In this document: piece after piece, positions 8,545-19,565 of the stretch
Layout: each line of letters begins with the position of its first letter
Numbering within the stretch: the stretch's first letter is position 1
Source of the DNA: an uncultured bacterium
GTDB taxonomy: Bacteria; CAYJRR01
Assembly: GCA_964372275.1 (NCBI GenBank)
Contig: CAYJRR010000032.1
Coordinates: 1 to 38,466 of the forward strand
Direction: 5' to 3'
Length of the DNA stretch: 38,466 nucleotides
Program-made: the position numbers and the translations under genes
Notes under the pieces: model-generated
What the model saw: only the letters and a program-made list of their open reading frames with translations
What the model was told of the DNA's origin: nothing
The model's database searches: none

Positions 8545-11361
8545 ATGGAAGGGCAGGTGAAGGTGATGGAGCGCGAACAGTCGGACCGCAAATCGCGTCT
8601 CGCGGAGCTCGCGAAGGCGATCAAGGCGAAGAAGACCGACATCTCGAAGAGCCTCGAGAAGGTGAACAGCGAGGTGAAGCGGTCGCTCGCCGTGCAGGAG
8701 ACGGCCGTCCGGCGCACACGCACGGTCCTCGAGGAGGTCGCGCGCCAGGAGCACGAGGAGACGGTCCAGACCCAGGAGGTCGAGGAGACGCGCGGGAAGT
8801 CGGGCGTCATCCGCCGCCGGGTGAAGGGCTCGACGGAGACGACGGCCAGCAAGTCGATCGCGCCGGCCAAGTCGCCGGAGGCCCCGTCGGCCGCCCCCTC
8901 GGCCGCGGTCGGAGCTTCGCCTGCCGCCGTGCCCCCGGAGACGGTCGTCACGGGCGTCGTCCCTTCCGTGGGTAGCGTCCCCGCCACCGCTCTGGACGCG
9001 AAGAGGTCCGTGCCGGTCGCCGCGCCGCGCGCTTCGACGCCGGAGGCGGACGAGGTCCGACCGGCGGCGCGCCGCCGGTCGACCGCCGCCGAGCCGACGC
9101 CCACGGTCGAGCGCACCGCCGACCAGGAACCGGGGACGCCGGTCGCCGAGCCGGCGGTGGCCCCCGTGGCCCCTCCGGCGACCGCCGCCGAAAAGGCGGA
9201 CGCGCCGTCGCACGCCGGGGCGTCGCCCCAAGGGGCGGCGTCGCCCCCCGCCACCGAGGCCACCCCGGCGCCGATGGCCGCGGCCCCGGTTCGCGAAGAG
9301 CCGGCCGCCGCGTCGGCGTCGACCGTGGCGCTCATCAAGCGCGCCGGACGTGACGTCACGCCTGCCGGCCTGACCTTCACCCCCGACCAGCCGCGGCCGG
9401 TCGCGCCGGTCCGTGGTCGCGAGACCCCGGGCATCGGCGCCGAAGCGCCGGCGCGTGGGGTCGCCGTCCCCGGGACGGAGCGGCGCGCCGGAAAGCAGAT
9501 CTTCGAGCTCAAGGAGATGACGTTCGGTCCTGGGCAGCTCCACGGCGGGCGGCGCAAGCGCGTCATCCCCAAGAAGCAGCAGCAGAAGACCCAGATCACG
9601 ACCCCGAAGGCGATCAAGCGGAAGATCGACATCGAAGGGGCGGTGACCGTCGGCTCGCTCGCGCAGCGCATGGCCGTCAAGGTCGGCGACGTGATGAAGA
9701 AGCTGATGTCGATGGGGGTGATGGCGACGGTCAACCAGCAGATCGACGCCGACACCGCCACGCTGGTCGCCTCCGAATTCGGCTACGAGGTCTCGAACGT
9801 CGAGTTCAAGGAGGACGAAGCGCTCGGCCTGGAGGCGAAGGAGGACGAGGCGCAGCTCGAGCTCCGGGCTCCGGTCGTCACCATCATGGGGCACGTCGAC
9901 CACGGGAAGACGAGCCTGCTCGACACGATCCGCAAGACCGACGTCGCCGCGGGCGAGGCGGGCGGCATCACCCAGCACATCGGCGCCTACCAGATCGAGG
10001 TCGACGGGAAGCGGATCACCTTCCTCGACACCCCGGGCCACGAGGCGTTCACCGCGATGCGGGCGCGCGGCGCCGAGGTGACCGACATCGTGGTGCTGGT
10101 CTGCGCGGTCGACGACGGTCCGCAGCCGCAGACGATCGAGGCGATCAACCACGCCAAGGCGGCCGAGGTGCCGATCATCGTGGCGCTGAACAAGGCCGAC
10201 AAGCCGGGGACCGATCCCGACAAGGTGATGCAGAAGCTCACCGAGCACGGGCTGGTCCCCGAGGAGTGGGGCGGCGACACGATGTTCGTGAAGACCTCCG
10301 CCAAGACCAAGCTGGGGATCAAGGAGCTCCTGGAGAGCATCCTGCTCCGCGCCGAGGTCGAGGAGTTGAAGGCCAATCCCAACAAGCCCGCGGTCGGCGC
10401 CATCGTCGAGGCCAAGATCGACAAGGGACGAGGGCCGGTGGCGACGGTGCTGGTGCAGGAAGGGACGCTCAAGGTCGGCGACGCGATCGTCTCGGGACCC
10501 TACTTCGGAAAGGTCCGGGCGATCTCCGACGACAAGGGGAAGTCGCTGAAGGAGGCCGGCCCTTCGACGCCGGTCGAGGTGCTGGGACTCTCCGGGGTCC
10601 CGGAGGCCGGCGATTCGCTGCACGTCGCCGCCGACATCGACGCCGCCAAGTCGGTCGCGGAGCACCGTTCGGCGAAGGCGCGCGAGCAGGTGGTGACGGT
10701 CGCCCGCAAGCCGACGATGGACAGCATGTTCGGCGGCGAGAAGACGGCGAAGGAGCTGAACGTCATCGTCAAGGCCGACGTGCAGGGATCGGTGCAGGCG
10801 CTTTCCCATGCCCTGGAAAAGCTCTCCTCCGAGAAGGTGAAGGTGAAGGTCGTCGCCGGAAGCGTCGGCGCGATCTCCGAGAGCGACGTCCTGCTGGCCA
10901 CCGCGTCGAAGGCGATGATCGTCGGCTTCAACGTCAAGCCGGACAACCGCGGCCGCGAGATGGCGGAGCAGGAGCACGTCGACGTGCGCCCGTACTCGAT
11001 CATCTACGAGGCCCTCGACGACGTGCGGCAGATCATGATCGGGATGCTCGATCCGATCTTCAAGGAGACGCCGCTCGGCAAGGCCGAGGTCCGCAACCTC
11101 TTCCAGTCGAGCAAGGTGGGGACGGTCGCCGGATGCATGGTGGTCGAAGGGAAGGTCTCCCGGAAGGCCAAGGCGCGGGTCCTCCGTCAGGGGAAGGTCG
11201 TCTTCGACGGAAAGATCGGCTCGCTTCGCCGCTTCAAGGACGACGCGTCCGAAGTGGCCGAAGGGTTCGAGTGCGGTCTGTCGGTCGACGGCTTCGCCGA
11301 CGTGCAAGTGGGGGACGAGATCGCCTGCTACGTCGTCGAGCAGCTGGCCGCGACCCTGTAG
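8545..11361 (+). CDS. infB: translation initiation factor IF-2
   Basis: [49 protein letters not shown]; long Ala/Pro-rich N-terminal linker. Confidence 0.97.
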   Translation: MEGQVKVMEREQSDRKSRLAELAKAIKAKKTDISKSLEKVNSEVKRSLAVQETAVRRTRTVLEEVARQEHEETVQTQEVEETRGKSGVIRRRVKGSTETTASKSIAPAKSPEAPSAAPSAAVGASPAAVPPETVVTGVVPSVGSVPATALDAKRSVPVAAPRASTPEADEVRPAARRRSTAAEPTPTVERTADQEPGTPVAEPAVAPVAPPATAAEKADAPSHAGASPQGAASPPATEATPAPMAAAPVREEPAAASASTVALIKRAGRDVTPAGLTFTPDQPRPVAPVRGRETPGIGAEAPARGVAVPGTERRAGKQIFELKEMTFGPGQLHGGRRKRVIPKKQQQKTQITTPKAIKRKIDIEGAVTVGSLAQRMAVKVGDVMKKLMSMGVMATVNQQIDADTATLVASEFGYEVSNVEFKEDEALGLEAKEDEAQLELRAPVVTIMGHVDHGKTSLLDTIRKTDVAAGEAGGITQHIGAYQIEVDGKRITFLDTPGHEAFTAMRARGAEVTDIVVLVCAVDDGPQPQTIEAINHAKAAEVPIIVALNKADKPGTDPDKVMQKLTEHGLVPEEWGGDTMFVKTSAKTKLGIKELLESILLRAEVEELKANPNKPAVGAIVEAKIDKGRGPVATVLVQEGTLKVGDAIVSGPYFGKVRAISDDKGKSLKEAGPSTPVEVLGLSGVPEAGDSLHVAADIDAAKSVAEHRSAKAREQVVTVARKPTMDSMFGGEKTAKELNVIVKADVQGSVQALSHALEKLSSEKVKVKVVAGSVGAISESDVLLATASKAMIVGFNVKPDNRGREMAEQEHVDVRPYSIIYEALDDVRQIMIGMLDPIFKETPLGKAEVRNLFQSSKVGTVAGCMVVEGKVSRKAKARVLRQGKVVFDGKIGSLRRFKDDASEVAEGFECGLSVDGFADVQVGDEIACYVVEQLAATL

Positions 11362-11439
11362 ATCGGCCCGGACCCGGCCGGGCTTTGCGCCCGGCCCCCG
11401 GCGGCGCGAGAATCGCGGATGCGGTTCATCGGGGGGGGC

Positions 11440-13779
11440 ATGGGTCGATCGCTCGGAACGCGGGGATGGCTGCTGGCGCTGGCGCTGGTCGCCGGTTGCG
11501 AGGAGAAGAAGAAGCGGGGAGAAGACCCCGGCGATCCGGAGCCGACGCTGGTGTCGATCGCCGTCACTCCCGATGCGATCGTCGCCCCCGTCCGGGTCGC
11601 GAGGCCGTTCACGGCGACCGGCACCTACTCGGACGACACGACGGCCGACCTGACCGATTCGGTGACCTGGGCGTCGTCGGACGACGCTGTCGCCACCGTC
11701 GACGCCAGCGGCCTGGCGCGAGCCGTCGCGGCCGGCGAGGCGACGATCACCGCCTCCTCCGGCGGCGTCTCCGGAACGGCGACGATCACGGTGCCGGAGC
11801 CGCTGCCGTTCGCCTCGTACGCCTACGTGCCGAACGGCGGTAACGCCTCCCTCTCGATCTACGCCGTCGCGGCGACGAACGGCCAGTTCGTCTATCGGGG
11901 ATTCGCGGACACCGGAGCGGGACCGACGGCGGTGGCGGTCGATCCGTGGGGGCGGTTCGTCTATTCGGCCAACAACCTCTCCAACAACCTGTCGGCCTTC
12001 GTCGTCCAGACCGACGGCCGCTTGGGGCAGGGGACGATCGTGGAGTCGCTCCTGAACCCGGTCGATCTCGCCGTCGATCCGACCGGGCAATTCCTCTACG
12101 TGGCGAACAACGGATCGGACGACGTCACCGCCTATGCCATCGATCCGGTGACGGGCGGGCTCACTTCCGCCGGCCGGACCGACGCCGGGTCGAAACCGCG
12201 GGCCATCGCCGTCGACCCGTCGGCGCGGTTCGTCTATGCCGTGAACGAGAGCTCGCACGACGTCACCCAGTTCGAGATCGATGCGGCGACGGGCGGCCTC
12301 ACCGAAGTGGCGACGGTCGCCACCGGGACGAGCGGGATGGCGATCGCCTTCGAACCCCGGGGGCGATTCGCCTACGTCGCCAACGAGGGCTCGAACGACG
12401 TCTCGGTCTACACCGTGGACGCGACGAGCGGCGCGCTCACCCCGGGCACGGCGGTGGCCGCCGGCACCTCGCCGCGGTCGATCGTGGTCGACTCCTCGGG
12501 ACGGTTCGCCTACGTCGCCAACTTCGGCTCGAACGACGTCTCGGTCTACTCCATCGACCCGACGAGCGGGGCGTTGACCGCCGGGACGACGGTGGCGGCG
12601 GGCACCGGCACCGCCAGCCTGGCCATCGATCCCAACGCCGACTTCCTCTACGCGACCAACGCGACCGCCAACTCCGTCTCCCAGTTCTCGATCCACCCGA
12701 CGACGGGGGCGTTGACGCTCGTCCGTACGTCCCATGGACTGAGTGGACCGAACGCGCCGGCGATTGCGCGCGCCGCCGTCGCGACGGCGTACGTGCCGAG
12801 ATTTCTCTACTCGGCGAACACCGGTTCCAACGACGTCTCCATCTTCTCCATCGACGCGGTGACAGGCGGCCTGACGGCGGTCGGCAGTCCCGTGCCTGCA
12901 GGAGCGGGGACCTTCAGCATCGCGATCGATCCGACGGAGCGTTTCGCGTACGTTTCGAACAGCACGGCAAACACCGTTTCCGTGTTCGCGATCGACCGTA
13001 CGACCGGCGGCCTCACCGCGGTCGGCTCGCCGGTCGCCACCGGCACCACGCCCCGCTACGTCGCCTTTCATCCCCGGGGGACGTTTGCCTACGTGGCGAA
13101 CAACGGCTCCAACAACGTCTCCGTCTTTTCGGTCAACCCCGCGACCGGCGCCCTGACCGCCGTGACGACGGCGGCGGCCGGCAACGGTGCGCGCGGAATC
13201 GCCGTCGATCCGACCGGACGGTTTGTCTACGTCGCGAACAACGTCGCCAACACCGTCTCCGTGTTCACCGTCAACCAATCGACCGGAGCGTTGACCGCCG
13301 GTACGGCGGTGGCCTCCGGCACCAACCCGCTGTACGTCACGGTCGATCCGACCGGTCGCTTCGCCTACGCACCGAACCAGACCACCAACAACGTATCGGT
13401 CTACACCATCAATCAGACCACCGGCGCCTTGACCGCCGGAACCGCGGCGGCGGCCGGCACGGCGCCGTTCGGCGTGGCCGTCGATCCGACGGGACGGTTC
13501 GCGTACGCCGGAAACAACACGACCAACAACGTCTCGGTCTACTCGATCAACCCCTCGACCGGTGCCCTGACCGCCGGCACGGCGGTGGCGACCGGAGCAA
13601 CCGGGGCTCGTGCCCCGTCGGTCGATCCGACCGGACGGTTCCTCTACGCGGCGAACCAGACCACCAACAACGTCACCGTTTTCACCATCAACTCGACGAC
13701 GGGGGCCCTGACGGTGGGCGCCGCGGCGGCGGCCGGGACGACCCCCTTGGGCACCGCGGTACTCGGTGGGATGCCGTAG
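11440..13779 (+). CDS. lipoprotein: Ig-like (Big_2) domain plus two 7-bladed lactonase/YVTN-like beta-propellers
   Basis: Lipobox LALVAG-C; Big_2 signature LVSIAVTP...FTATGTYSD...[18 protein letters not shown]; 14 repeats of ~46 aa (YxxNxxSNxVSxxxIxxxTGxLT...AVDPTGRF). Start 11440, alternatively 11419. Confidence 0.85.
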   Translation: MGRSLGTRGWLLALALVAGCEEKKKRGEDPGDPEPTLVSIAVTPDAIVAPVRVARPFTATGTYSDDTTADLTDSVTWASSDDAVATVDASGLARAVAAGEATITASSGGVSGTATITVPEPLPFASYAYVPNGGNASLSIYAVAATNGQFVYRGFADTGAGPTAVAVDPWGRFVYSANNLSNNLSAFVVQTDGRLGQGTIVESLLNPVDLAVDPTGQFLYVANNGSDDVTAYAIDPVTGGLTSAGRTDAGSKPRAIAVDPSARFVYAVNESSHDVTQFEIDAATGGLTEVATVATGTSGMAIAFEPRGRFAYVANEGSNDVSVYTVDATSGALTPGTAVAAGTSPRSIVVDSSGRFAYVANFGSNDVSVYSIDPTSGALTAGTTVAAGTGTASLAIDPNADFLYATNATANSVSQFSIHPTTGALTLVRTSHGLSGPNAPAIARAAVATAYVPRFLYSANTGSNDVSIFSIDAVTGGLTAVGSPVPAGAGTFSIAIDPTERFAYVSNSTANTVSVFAIDRTTGGLTAVGSPVATGTTPRYVAFHPRGTFAYVANNGSNNVSVFSVNPATGALTAVTTAAAGNGARGIAVDPTGRFVYVANNVANTVSVFTVNQSTGALTAGTAVASGTNPLYVTVDPTGRFAYAPNQTTNNVSVYTINQTTGALTAGTAAAAGTAPFGVAVDPTGRFAYAGNNTTNNVSVYSINPSTGALTAGTAVATGATGARAPSVDPTGRFLYAANQTTNNVTVFTINSTTGALTVGAAAAAGTTPLGTAVLGGMP
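11821..13770 (+). repeat. 14 tandem ~138-bp degenerate repeats encoding propeller blades
   Basis: Recurring GTCGATCCGACCGG / AACAACGTCTC / ACCGGCGCCCTGACC motifs at ~138-bp spacing; blades 10-14 are the most similar to each other. Confidence 0.85.
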
Positions 13780-13787
13780 GCCCGGCG

Positions 13788-14111
13788 ATGGGGCGCAAGA
13801 CGAGGTTCCGGGAGACCGAGCGGTTCCTGATCGGCGTCGGCCGGATCGTGGTGGAGATCTCCGGCAACGACGAGCTCAAGGTGCGGCGCAGCGTCGTCGC
13901 CAAAATCAAGGACCGGGTGGCCTCCACCTTCCACGTCTCGATCGCCGACGTCGGGCGGCAGGACGTTCACGATGAGGTGGTGATCGGCGTCGCCGCCGTC
14001 TCGAGCAGCCGCGACTACCTCGAATCGATCCTCGACAAGATCCCGGCCTTCATCGAGGAGCTGGGGGTCTGCCGGGTCTTGAGCGACGAGCACGACGTCA
14101 GTCACTTCTAG
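13788..14111 (+). CDS. DUF503 / YlxP family protein
   Basis: IGVGRIVVEISGNDELKVRRSVVAKIKDRVASTFHVSIADVGRQDVH...IGVAAVS matches the DUF503 pattern; this family normally follows infB. Confidence 0.85.
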   Translation: MGRKTRFRETERFLIGVGRIVVEISGNDELKVRRSVVAKIKDRVASTFHVSIADVGRQDVHDEVVIGVAAVSSSRDYLESILDKIPAFIEELGVCRVLSDEHDVSHF

Positions 14112-14151
14112 GAACCGAACCCTCCGATCGGATCCGGTCCGGTCGGATCCG
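14112..14151. repeat. second GATCCG-based palindromic element
   Basis: GAACCG immediately after the stop codon, then CGGATCCG-GTCCGGT-CGGATCCG (14129-14151); same motifs as 1605-1640. Confidence 0.5.
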
Positions 14152-14186
14152 TGGCGCCGGCGCGCTTGTGCTAGCCTCGATGCGAG

Positions 14187-15974
14187 ATGGTCTCGTCGGA
14201 GGTCGAGCGACTCGTACGCGCCGCGGTGGCCCGGGTTGCGCCCGGGGTCGACGCCGACCCGGCGCTGGGACCCCCGAAGCGTCCCGAATGGGGGGACTAC
14301 GCGACGCCGGTGGCGATGTCGCTGGCCAAGCCCCTCCGCCGGCGCCCGACCGAGATTGCGGCCGAGATCGCCGCCCGCCTGGCTTCAGGAGACGGTCGGG
14401 AGCTGTTCGCCAAGGTGGAGGTGGCGAGTCCCGGCTACCTGAATCTCACTCTCGCCGACGCCTTCTGGCACCGGCGGCTGCGAGCGGTCCTGGAGGAAAG
14501 GGAGCGCTTCGGCCGGAGCGTGGCGGAGCGCCGCCGGAAGGTGTTGCTCGAATATGTGAGCGCGAATCCGACCGGCCCGCTGCACGTGGGACACGCCCGC
14601 AACGCCGCGGTTGCAGACACGGTGGCCAACCTCCTCGATGCGAGCGGACACGAGGTGTGGCGAGAGTTCTACGTCAACGACGTCGGCGTGCAGATGGACA
14701 ACCTGGGGCGCAGCGTCTGGTACCGCTATCGCGAGCGGGCCGGAAGGGGGGCGTTTCCGGCGGCGCCGCCGGGCGTGGAGGCGCTCGGGCGCGCGCCGAC
14801 GCCGGCCGAAGCCGACGCCATCGAACGGTTCGGCGGTCTCTACCGCGGCGACTACGTGCGCGACCTGGCCGAAGCGTTCGCACGCGCGGTGGGGGAGCGC
14901 TGGCTCGACGCGACCGAGGACGACGGCACCGTCCCCACGCGGGAGGCATTCGCCGCGGCCCGTGACTTCGCCTATCCGTTGCTCCTCGAGGAGCAACGGC
15001 GGATCCTGGAGCGGTATGGCGTGCGTTTCGACCGCTACTTCCGCGAGCGGGAGATCCACGACTCGGGGCTCCTGGAGAAGGGGATCGAAGACCTGCGGTC
15101 GCGCGGTCATCTCTACGAGAGGGACGGCGCGCTCTGGTTCCGCTCGACCACCTTCGGCGACGACAAGGACCGCGTCGTTCGCAAGAGCGACGGATCGTGG
15201 ACCTACTTCGCCCCCGATCTGGCCTACCACCGCGAGAAGCTTCGCCGCGGCTACGACCTGCTGATCGACGCCTGGGGGGCCGACCACCACGGCTACATCC
15301 CGCGCATGCGCGCGGTGCTTGCGGCGCTGGGGCTCGACCCGGGCTCGTTCCACGTCGTCCTGATCCAGATGGTGCGGCTCCTGAAGGACGGGGCCGAGGT
15401 GAAGATGTCGAAGCGGTCCGGCAGCTTCGTCACCCTGGCGGAGATCGTGGACGAGGTGGGGCCCGACGCCGCCCGGTTCCTGATGTTGACGCGTTCCCCC
15501 GACAGTCCGCTCGACTTCGATCTCGATCTGGCGAAGCGGCAGTCGAACGACAACCCCGTCTTCTACGTGCAGTACGGACACGCCCGCGTCTGCAGCGTCT
15601 TCGCGCGCGCCTCGGAGGCGGCGCCGGGGATCGATCCACGCGCGGCCGATCTGTCGCGCCTCGTCGCGCCGATGGAGCGGGAGCTGGTGAAGACGGTCTC
15701 CCGCTTCCCGGACGAGGTCGCCGACGCCGCCTCGCGCCACGAACCGCACCGTCTGGCCGCCTACCTGCAGGAGCTGGTGCGGGCGTTCCATGCCTACTAT
15801 TCGAAGAAGGATCCTTCGGGGGCCCCGGAGCACCGCATCGTCTCGGAAGACCGAGGTCTGACCGCCGCCCGGCTGGCGCTGGCCGCCGGCGTGCGCACCG
15901 TGCTGGCGAACGGCCTCTCGCTGTGTGGCGTCGGGGCGCCGACGCAGATGCCGCACCCGGAGGAGAGGGCGTAG
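14187..15974 (+). CDS. argS: arginine--tRNA ligase
   Basis: EYVSANPTGPLHVGHAR (HIGH), FGDDKDRV, WGADHHGY, KMSKRSG, NPVFYVQYGHAR. Confidence 0.97.
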   Translation: MVSSEVERLVRAAVARVAPGVDADPALGPPKRPEWGDYATPVAMSLAKPLRRRPTEIAAEIAARLASGDGRELFAKVEVASPGYLNLTLADAFWHRRLRAVLEERERFGRSVAERRRKVLLEYVSANPTGPLHVGHARNAAVADTVANLLDASGHEVWREFYVNDVGVQMDNLGRSVWYRYRERAGRGAFPAAPPGVEALGRAPTPAEADAIERFGGLYRGDYVRDLAEAFARAVGERWLDATEDDGTVPTREAFAAARDFAYPLLLEEQRRILERYGVRFDRYFREREIHDSGLLEKGIEDLRSRGHLYERDGALWFRSTTFGDDKDRVVRKSDGSWTYFAPDLAYHREKLRRGYDLLIDAWGADHHGYIPRMRAVLAALGLDPGSFHVVLIQMVRLLKDGAEVKMSKRSGSFVTLAEIVDEVGPDAARFLMLTRSPDSPLDFDLDLAKRQSNDNPVFYVQYGHARVCSVFARASEAAPGIDPRAADLSRLVAPMERELVKTVSRFPDEVADAASRHEPHRLAAYLQELVRAFHAYYSKKDPSGAPEHRIVSEDRGLTAARLALAAGVRTVLANGLSLCGVGAPTQMPHPEERA

Positions 15975-15977
15975 GCG

Positions 15978-16661
15978 ATGCGGGACCTCGGCCGGATGAA
16001 GTACCGCCTCGAAGTGAAGCTCGACAGCTCGCAGGTCTTCTTTCTCTGCGCGGGGCTCGTCACCTTCAGCCTACTGGTCTTCGTGCTGGGGGTGATCGTC
16101 GGGCGGAGCCGGCGGCCGGCGGAGGCGACGCTCGCGTCCGCCGGCCCGCCGGTCGCGCTGCTTCCGGACGCGGTCGGGGCGCCGGTGGTGGCGGCCGTCT
16201 CATCCGCGCCGGATCCGCGCCCCGCCGGCAGCCCCGAACCGACGGTCGAGCCACCGGAGATCCCTCTCGGGTTTTACGACAACCTCGAGGACGGCGTCGT
16301 TCCGACGGCGAAGCCCGCACCGGCCGCGGTTCCGACGACCAAGCCGAGCGCGCCGCCGGATTCGAACGCTCCGCCCGGATCGAAGCCGGCGGAGGGCGGG
16401 GTCGACCCGCCGCGCGACGCGTACACCTTGCAGATCATCGCCTACAGCGACTTGGCGCAAGCCGAAGGCTCCGTCGCGAAGCTCAAGGCGCGCGGATTCG
16501 ACGCCTACGTGGTGACCGCGCACATCGCCGGGAAGGGGACGGTGCATCGCGTCCGCATCGGCCGCTACGGGAGCCGGAGCGCCGCCGAGTTCGCCGCCGA
16601 ATCGCTTGCCGGCGTCGAACCGCAACTCAAGCCGATCGTGCTGTCGCTGGAGGGGCCATGA
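15978..16661 (+). CDS. SPOR-domain cell division protein (FtsN/DedD-like)
   Basis: N-terminal TM helix (FFLCAGLVTFSLLVFVLGVIVG), Pro-rich linker, YTLQIIAY...HRVRIGRY SPOR motif; conserved argS-SPOR gene order. Confidence 0.88.
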   Translation: MRDLGRMKYRLEVKLDSSQVFFLCAGLVTFSLLVFVLGVIVGRSRRPAEATLASAGPPVALLPDAVGAPVVAAVSSAPDPRPAGSPEPTVEPPEIPLGFYDNLEDGVVPTAKPAPAAVPTTKPSAPPDSNAPPGSKPAEGGVDPPRDAYTLQIIAYSDLAQAEGSVAKLKARGFDAYVVTAHIAGKGTVHRVRIGRYGSRSAAEFAAESLAGVEPQLKPIVLSLEGP

Positions 16662-17020
16662 ACGTCCGTCGCGTGGAGAAGCCGTGGGGGCACGAGGTCA
16701 TCTGGGCCGACGCGCCCGGCTACGTGGGGAAGCTCCTGCACGTCAAGGCCGGTCACGCGCTGTCGCTGCAGTACCACAAGGTGAAGGACGAGACGGTCTA
16801 CGTCCTGGCGGGCACGATGACGATGGAGCTGGAGGACGAACGCGGCGAGATGCAGTCGTTCCGGCTCGAGCCGGGGGCCGCGCGGCGGATCCTTCCCGGG
16901 CGCCGCCACCGGATGACCGCCGAGACCGACGTCGACATCCTCGAGGCCTCGACCAACCACCTCGACGACGTGGTGCGCCTCGAGGACCGCTACGGCCGGA
17001 AGGGAACGAGCGCGCCGTAA
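16658..17020 (+). CDS. cupin, mannose-6-phosphate isomerase type II C-terminal-like
   Basis: VEKPWGHE, LSLQYHKVKDET, PGRRHRM, DDVVRLEDRYGR; GGAGGGG RBS and ATGA overlap. Confidence 0.85.
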   Translation: MNVRRVEKPWGHEVIWADAPGYVGKLLHVKAGHALSLQYHKVKDETVYVLAGTMTMELEDERGEMQSFRLEPGAARRILPGRRHRMTAETDVDILEASTNHLDDVVRLEDRYGRKGTSAP

Positions 17021-17038
17021 CGGGCGGACCGCCCTCGG

Positions 17039-17692
17039 TCAGGGGCTGCCGTCCAGGCGCTGGTCGATTTCGTGGAGGTGCCGGTTGGCCTCCTTCCACT
17101 GCGCGTTCAGATAGGCCTCCTCGGCCATCTTCAGCAACGCGCGGACGTCGTCGACGTTTCGCGACGCCGCCGCCGCCTGGATGCGGCGGACGATGCGCTC
17201 GCGTCGGCGTTCGACGAACGGTCCGACGATCCCGACCCGGCGCGCCGATCGCCCGGCCTCCTCCAGGAGCGCCCGGGCCTCGGCGTGCCGACCCGCCGCC
17301 TCGAGTCGCGCCGCCTCGCTCCGCGCCCGCGCCGCGTCGGCCGGAAGGTCGGCCATCGTGATCTGTCGCTCGGCCAGGACCGCGGCCAGATTCCGGTCGG
17401 CGCGCGCCACCTCGGCCGGCAGGACGTCGGGGGCGCCGGGGACCGTGGCGGCGCTCGCCGCGCTCGACCCGGCCATCGCCGCCGGCGCCCCGGCCGCGGC
17501 TCCACCCACGGGCTTCGACGAACCGCCGGGGACCGCGTTCGCCGGCAGCGCGGCGACGGTCCTGGGGGCTTCCTCCTTGCAGCCCTCGATGCGGTAGCTG
17601 AAGACGCGCTCGGTGCTGGGGAACTCGTACAGGTCGCAGCCGGCGCACAGCGCCAGGGCGGCGGCGAGTGAGCGGCAGGGACGGATCGCCAT
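17039..17692 (-). CDS. hypothetical lipoprotein with helical C-terminal domain
   Basis: GAAGGAG RBS, MAIRPCRSLAAALALCAG-C lipobox, Ala/Pro linker, helical C-terminus; starts 5 nt after the cyclase stop. Confidence 0.7.
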   Translation of the reverse strand: MAIRPCRSLAAALALCAGCDLYEFPSTERVFSYRIEGCKEEAPRTVAALPANAVPGGSSKPVGGAAAGAPAAMAGSSAASAATVPGAPDVLPAEVARADRNLAAVLAERQITMADLPADAARARSEAARLEAAGRHAEARALLEEAGRSARRVGIVGPFVERRRERIVRRIQAAAASRNVDDVRALLKMAEEAYLNAQWKEANRHLHEIDQRLDGSP

Positions 17693-17697
17693 GTCGA

Positions 17698-19443
17698 TCA
17701 GGTCTCCTTCGAGAAGTCGACGAGCATGTCGGGCCGCCGCCGTGTCACCGCGTAGGTCTGCACCACGCGCGTCTTCCCCTTGAACAGGACCGGCTCGCGC
17801 GGGACGACCTCGACGAACTCCTTCACCTGTTCGTAGCAGCTCTCGGAGATGTGGAGGTGGAGCGCCGGCGTGGTCGACTCGATACGCTGGGCGGTGTTCA
17901 CCGCATCGCCGATCACCGTGTATTCGAAACGCCCCTGCCGGCTGTCGGCCGAGGGCTCGCTCCCCAGGTTTCCGACCATCAACCGGCCGGTGTTGACGCC
18001 GATCCCGACGTTGATCGGCTCGAGTCCCATCGCCTCCCGCTCGCGGTTCATGCGCAGGATCTCGCGTTGCATGTCGATCCCGGTGTAGACGGCGCGCAGG
18101 GCGTGGTGCGACTGCTTCGAGGGGACGTTGTAGCTGACCATCAACGCGTCCCCCATGAACTTCAGGATGCAGCCGCCGTAGAGGTCGACGATGCGGCGCA
18201 TGCGCGAGAAGTAGTCGTTGAGCGTCCCGAACACGTCGGCCGGCGCGAGCCGTTCGCACATGGTGGTGAATCCACGGATGTCCGAGAAGAGGATCGTTGC
18301 CTCTTCGTACTTCCCCTTGAAGTCGAGCGATCCCGCCGCCAGGAAGCGCTCCGCGACCTGCACCGAGGCCAGTCCCTTGAGGAGGTTCTCGACCTTCTGC
18401 CTGCTGCGCTCGGTCTCGACCACCCGAAGCTTGAGCTGCTCCCGCTCCTGGAGACCGGTCGCCATCCGGTTGAACGAGTGGGCCAGAAGGGCGAGCTCGT
18501 CCTTCCCGTCGACCGTGACCCGGGTCGAGAGATCGCCCATGTCGATCCGCTCCATCGCCTGCACCAGCCGTCCGACGGGCCGGCTGATGCCCGACGACAG
18601 CCACCACGCGCCGCCGGCCGACACCACGAGGCCCAGGCCGGCGGCGAGCGCCAGCAGGAGCACGTTGGTGATCGCCTCGCGAACGAACGGCTCGTAGCGG
18701 ATTCCGACCAGGATCGTCGCCGCGAGGGGCAAGGCCTCCCGCGCCGGCCTCTCGGTGGGGCACTCGGCGGGCCGGCAGTCGACGATCTTCCCGCGGATGA
18801 CCAGCAGCCCGGACTGCGCCGTCGGATTCGCCAGGATCTTGGCATAGGCTTCGTCGCGCGCCTCGTTCAACCGCTTGAACGCCTCCCGCCGTTTCTGCCA
18901 GAGCTCCTCTTTCGCCCGTTCCGGGACGCGGTTGCGGTCGGCGTCGGCGAGGTCCCGCACCGCCTTCTCGTGGTCGATCTGGCGGAGGTGGATCTTGCCG
19001 AGGAGCTCTTCGTCGCCGACGTTCTCGAGATTGAGCGATCCGACGCGCGTTCCGTCGTGCTCGACCAGCAGGAAGGCGAAGAGCGGGTGTTCCTCTTCTC
19101 CGCGCGCGACCTTGTTCTCGTCCTCCCGCTGGATCGAATCGAGGACGTTCTGCAGCTGTTCGTAGTCGGTTGCCTCGCCGGCCAGCTCGGCGCTGGCCAC
19201 GATGGCGCTCAGGAGATCGGCGGTTTCGGCGACCCGGGCGAACACCTGCTTCCGGACCTGGGCCCCCGCCCGCACGGCCGAGACGAGCGCAAATGCCAGC
19301 ACCAGCCCCGAGAGCACGGTCGGCACGAGGAGTTTCGTCCGCAGGCGCCAGCGGGGAGTCGGTGGAGCCGTCGCTTTCGTCGGCTCGACGGTGCCTTCGG
19401 GGCGCGGACGACGTCCGGTCGGAGGCGTGGCCGGTTTCGTCAC
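17698..19443 (-). CDS. membrane-bound class III adenylate cyclase (2 TM, periplasmic sensor, HAMP)
   Basis: FSDIRGFT, ILKFMGDALM (Lys, ATP-specifying), EYTVIGDAVNTAQRIES; HAMP ISRPVGRLVQAMERIDMGDL...DELALLAHSFNRM. Start uncertain (GTG 19443 or TTG 19521). Confidence 0.9.
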   Translation of the reverse strand: MTKPATPPTGRRPRPEGTVEPTKATAPPTPRWRLRTKLLVPTVLSGLVLAFALVSAVRAGAQVRKQVFARVAETADLLSAIVASAELAGEATDYEQLQNVLDSIQREDENKVARGEEEHPLFAFLLVEHDGTRVGSLNLENVGDEELLGKIHLRQIDHEKAVRDLADADRNRVPERAKEELWQKRREAFKRLNEARDEAYAKILANPTAQSGLLVIRGKIVDCRPAECPTERPAREALPLAATILVGIRYEPFVREAITNVLLLALAAGLGLVVSAGGAWWLSSGISRPVGRLVQAMERIDMGDLSTRVTVDGKDELALLAHSFNRMATGLQEREQLKLRVVETERSRQKVENLLKGLASVQVAERFLAAGSLDFKGKYEEATILFSDIRGFTTMCERLAPADVFGTLNDYFSRMRRIVDLYGGCILKFMGDALMVSYNVPSKQSHHALRAVYTGIDMQREILRMNREREAMGLEPINVGIGVNTGRLMVGNLGSEPSADSRQGRFEYTVIGDAVNTAQRIESTTPALHLHISESCYEQVKEFVEVVPREPVLFKGKTRVVQTYAVTRRRPDMLVDFSKET

Positions 19444-19565
19444 GGGCTTCGGACCGTAACACCCGCGAATTGGGCGGGTCAATTTGGTCTGGACCCGCGA
19501 CGACGGCACGGATACTCTCAAAGCCTCAAGGATCCTGGATACTTACGCATGGAGAGCGCGGATCG

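Noticed and set aside
11431..11438. G8 tract as a phase-variation switch
   Set aside because: It lies just upstream of the likelier ATG (11440) where it can act as an RBS; it would frameshift only if 11419 is the start, and there is no evidence of length variation.
11359..11440. Possible TAG readthrough fusing IF2 to the propeller protein (in frame, no intervening stop)
   Set aside because: In-frame by 1-in-3 chance; the downstream gene has its own signal peptide and lipobox; no recoding machinery is visible.
6688..13278. 2196-aa antisense ORF
   Set aside because: Shadow frame: nusA, infB and the propeller gene share one + frame, and high GC3 suppresses stops in the mirrored frame; the translation has no recognisable motifs.
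13080..13770. AAC-rich repeats as a diversity-generating retroelement TR/VR pair or a CRISPR array
   Set aside because: Differences between the repeats I compared are not adenine-specific, no reverse transcriptase or cas gene is present, and the repeats are in-frame protein blades.
19504..19518. GGCACG as a third sigma54 promoter
   Set aside because: The -12 position reads CT rather than GC, so GG-N10-GC is not satisfied.
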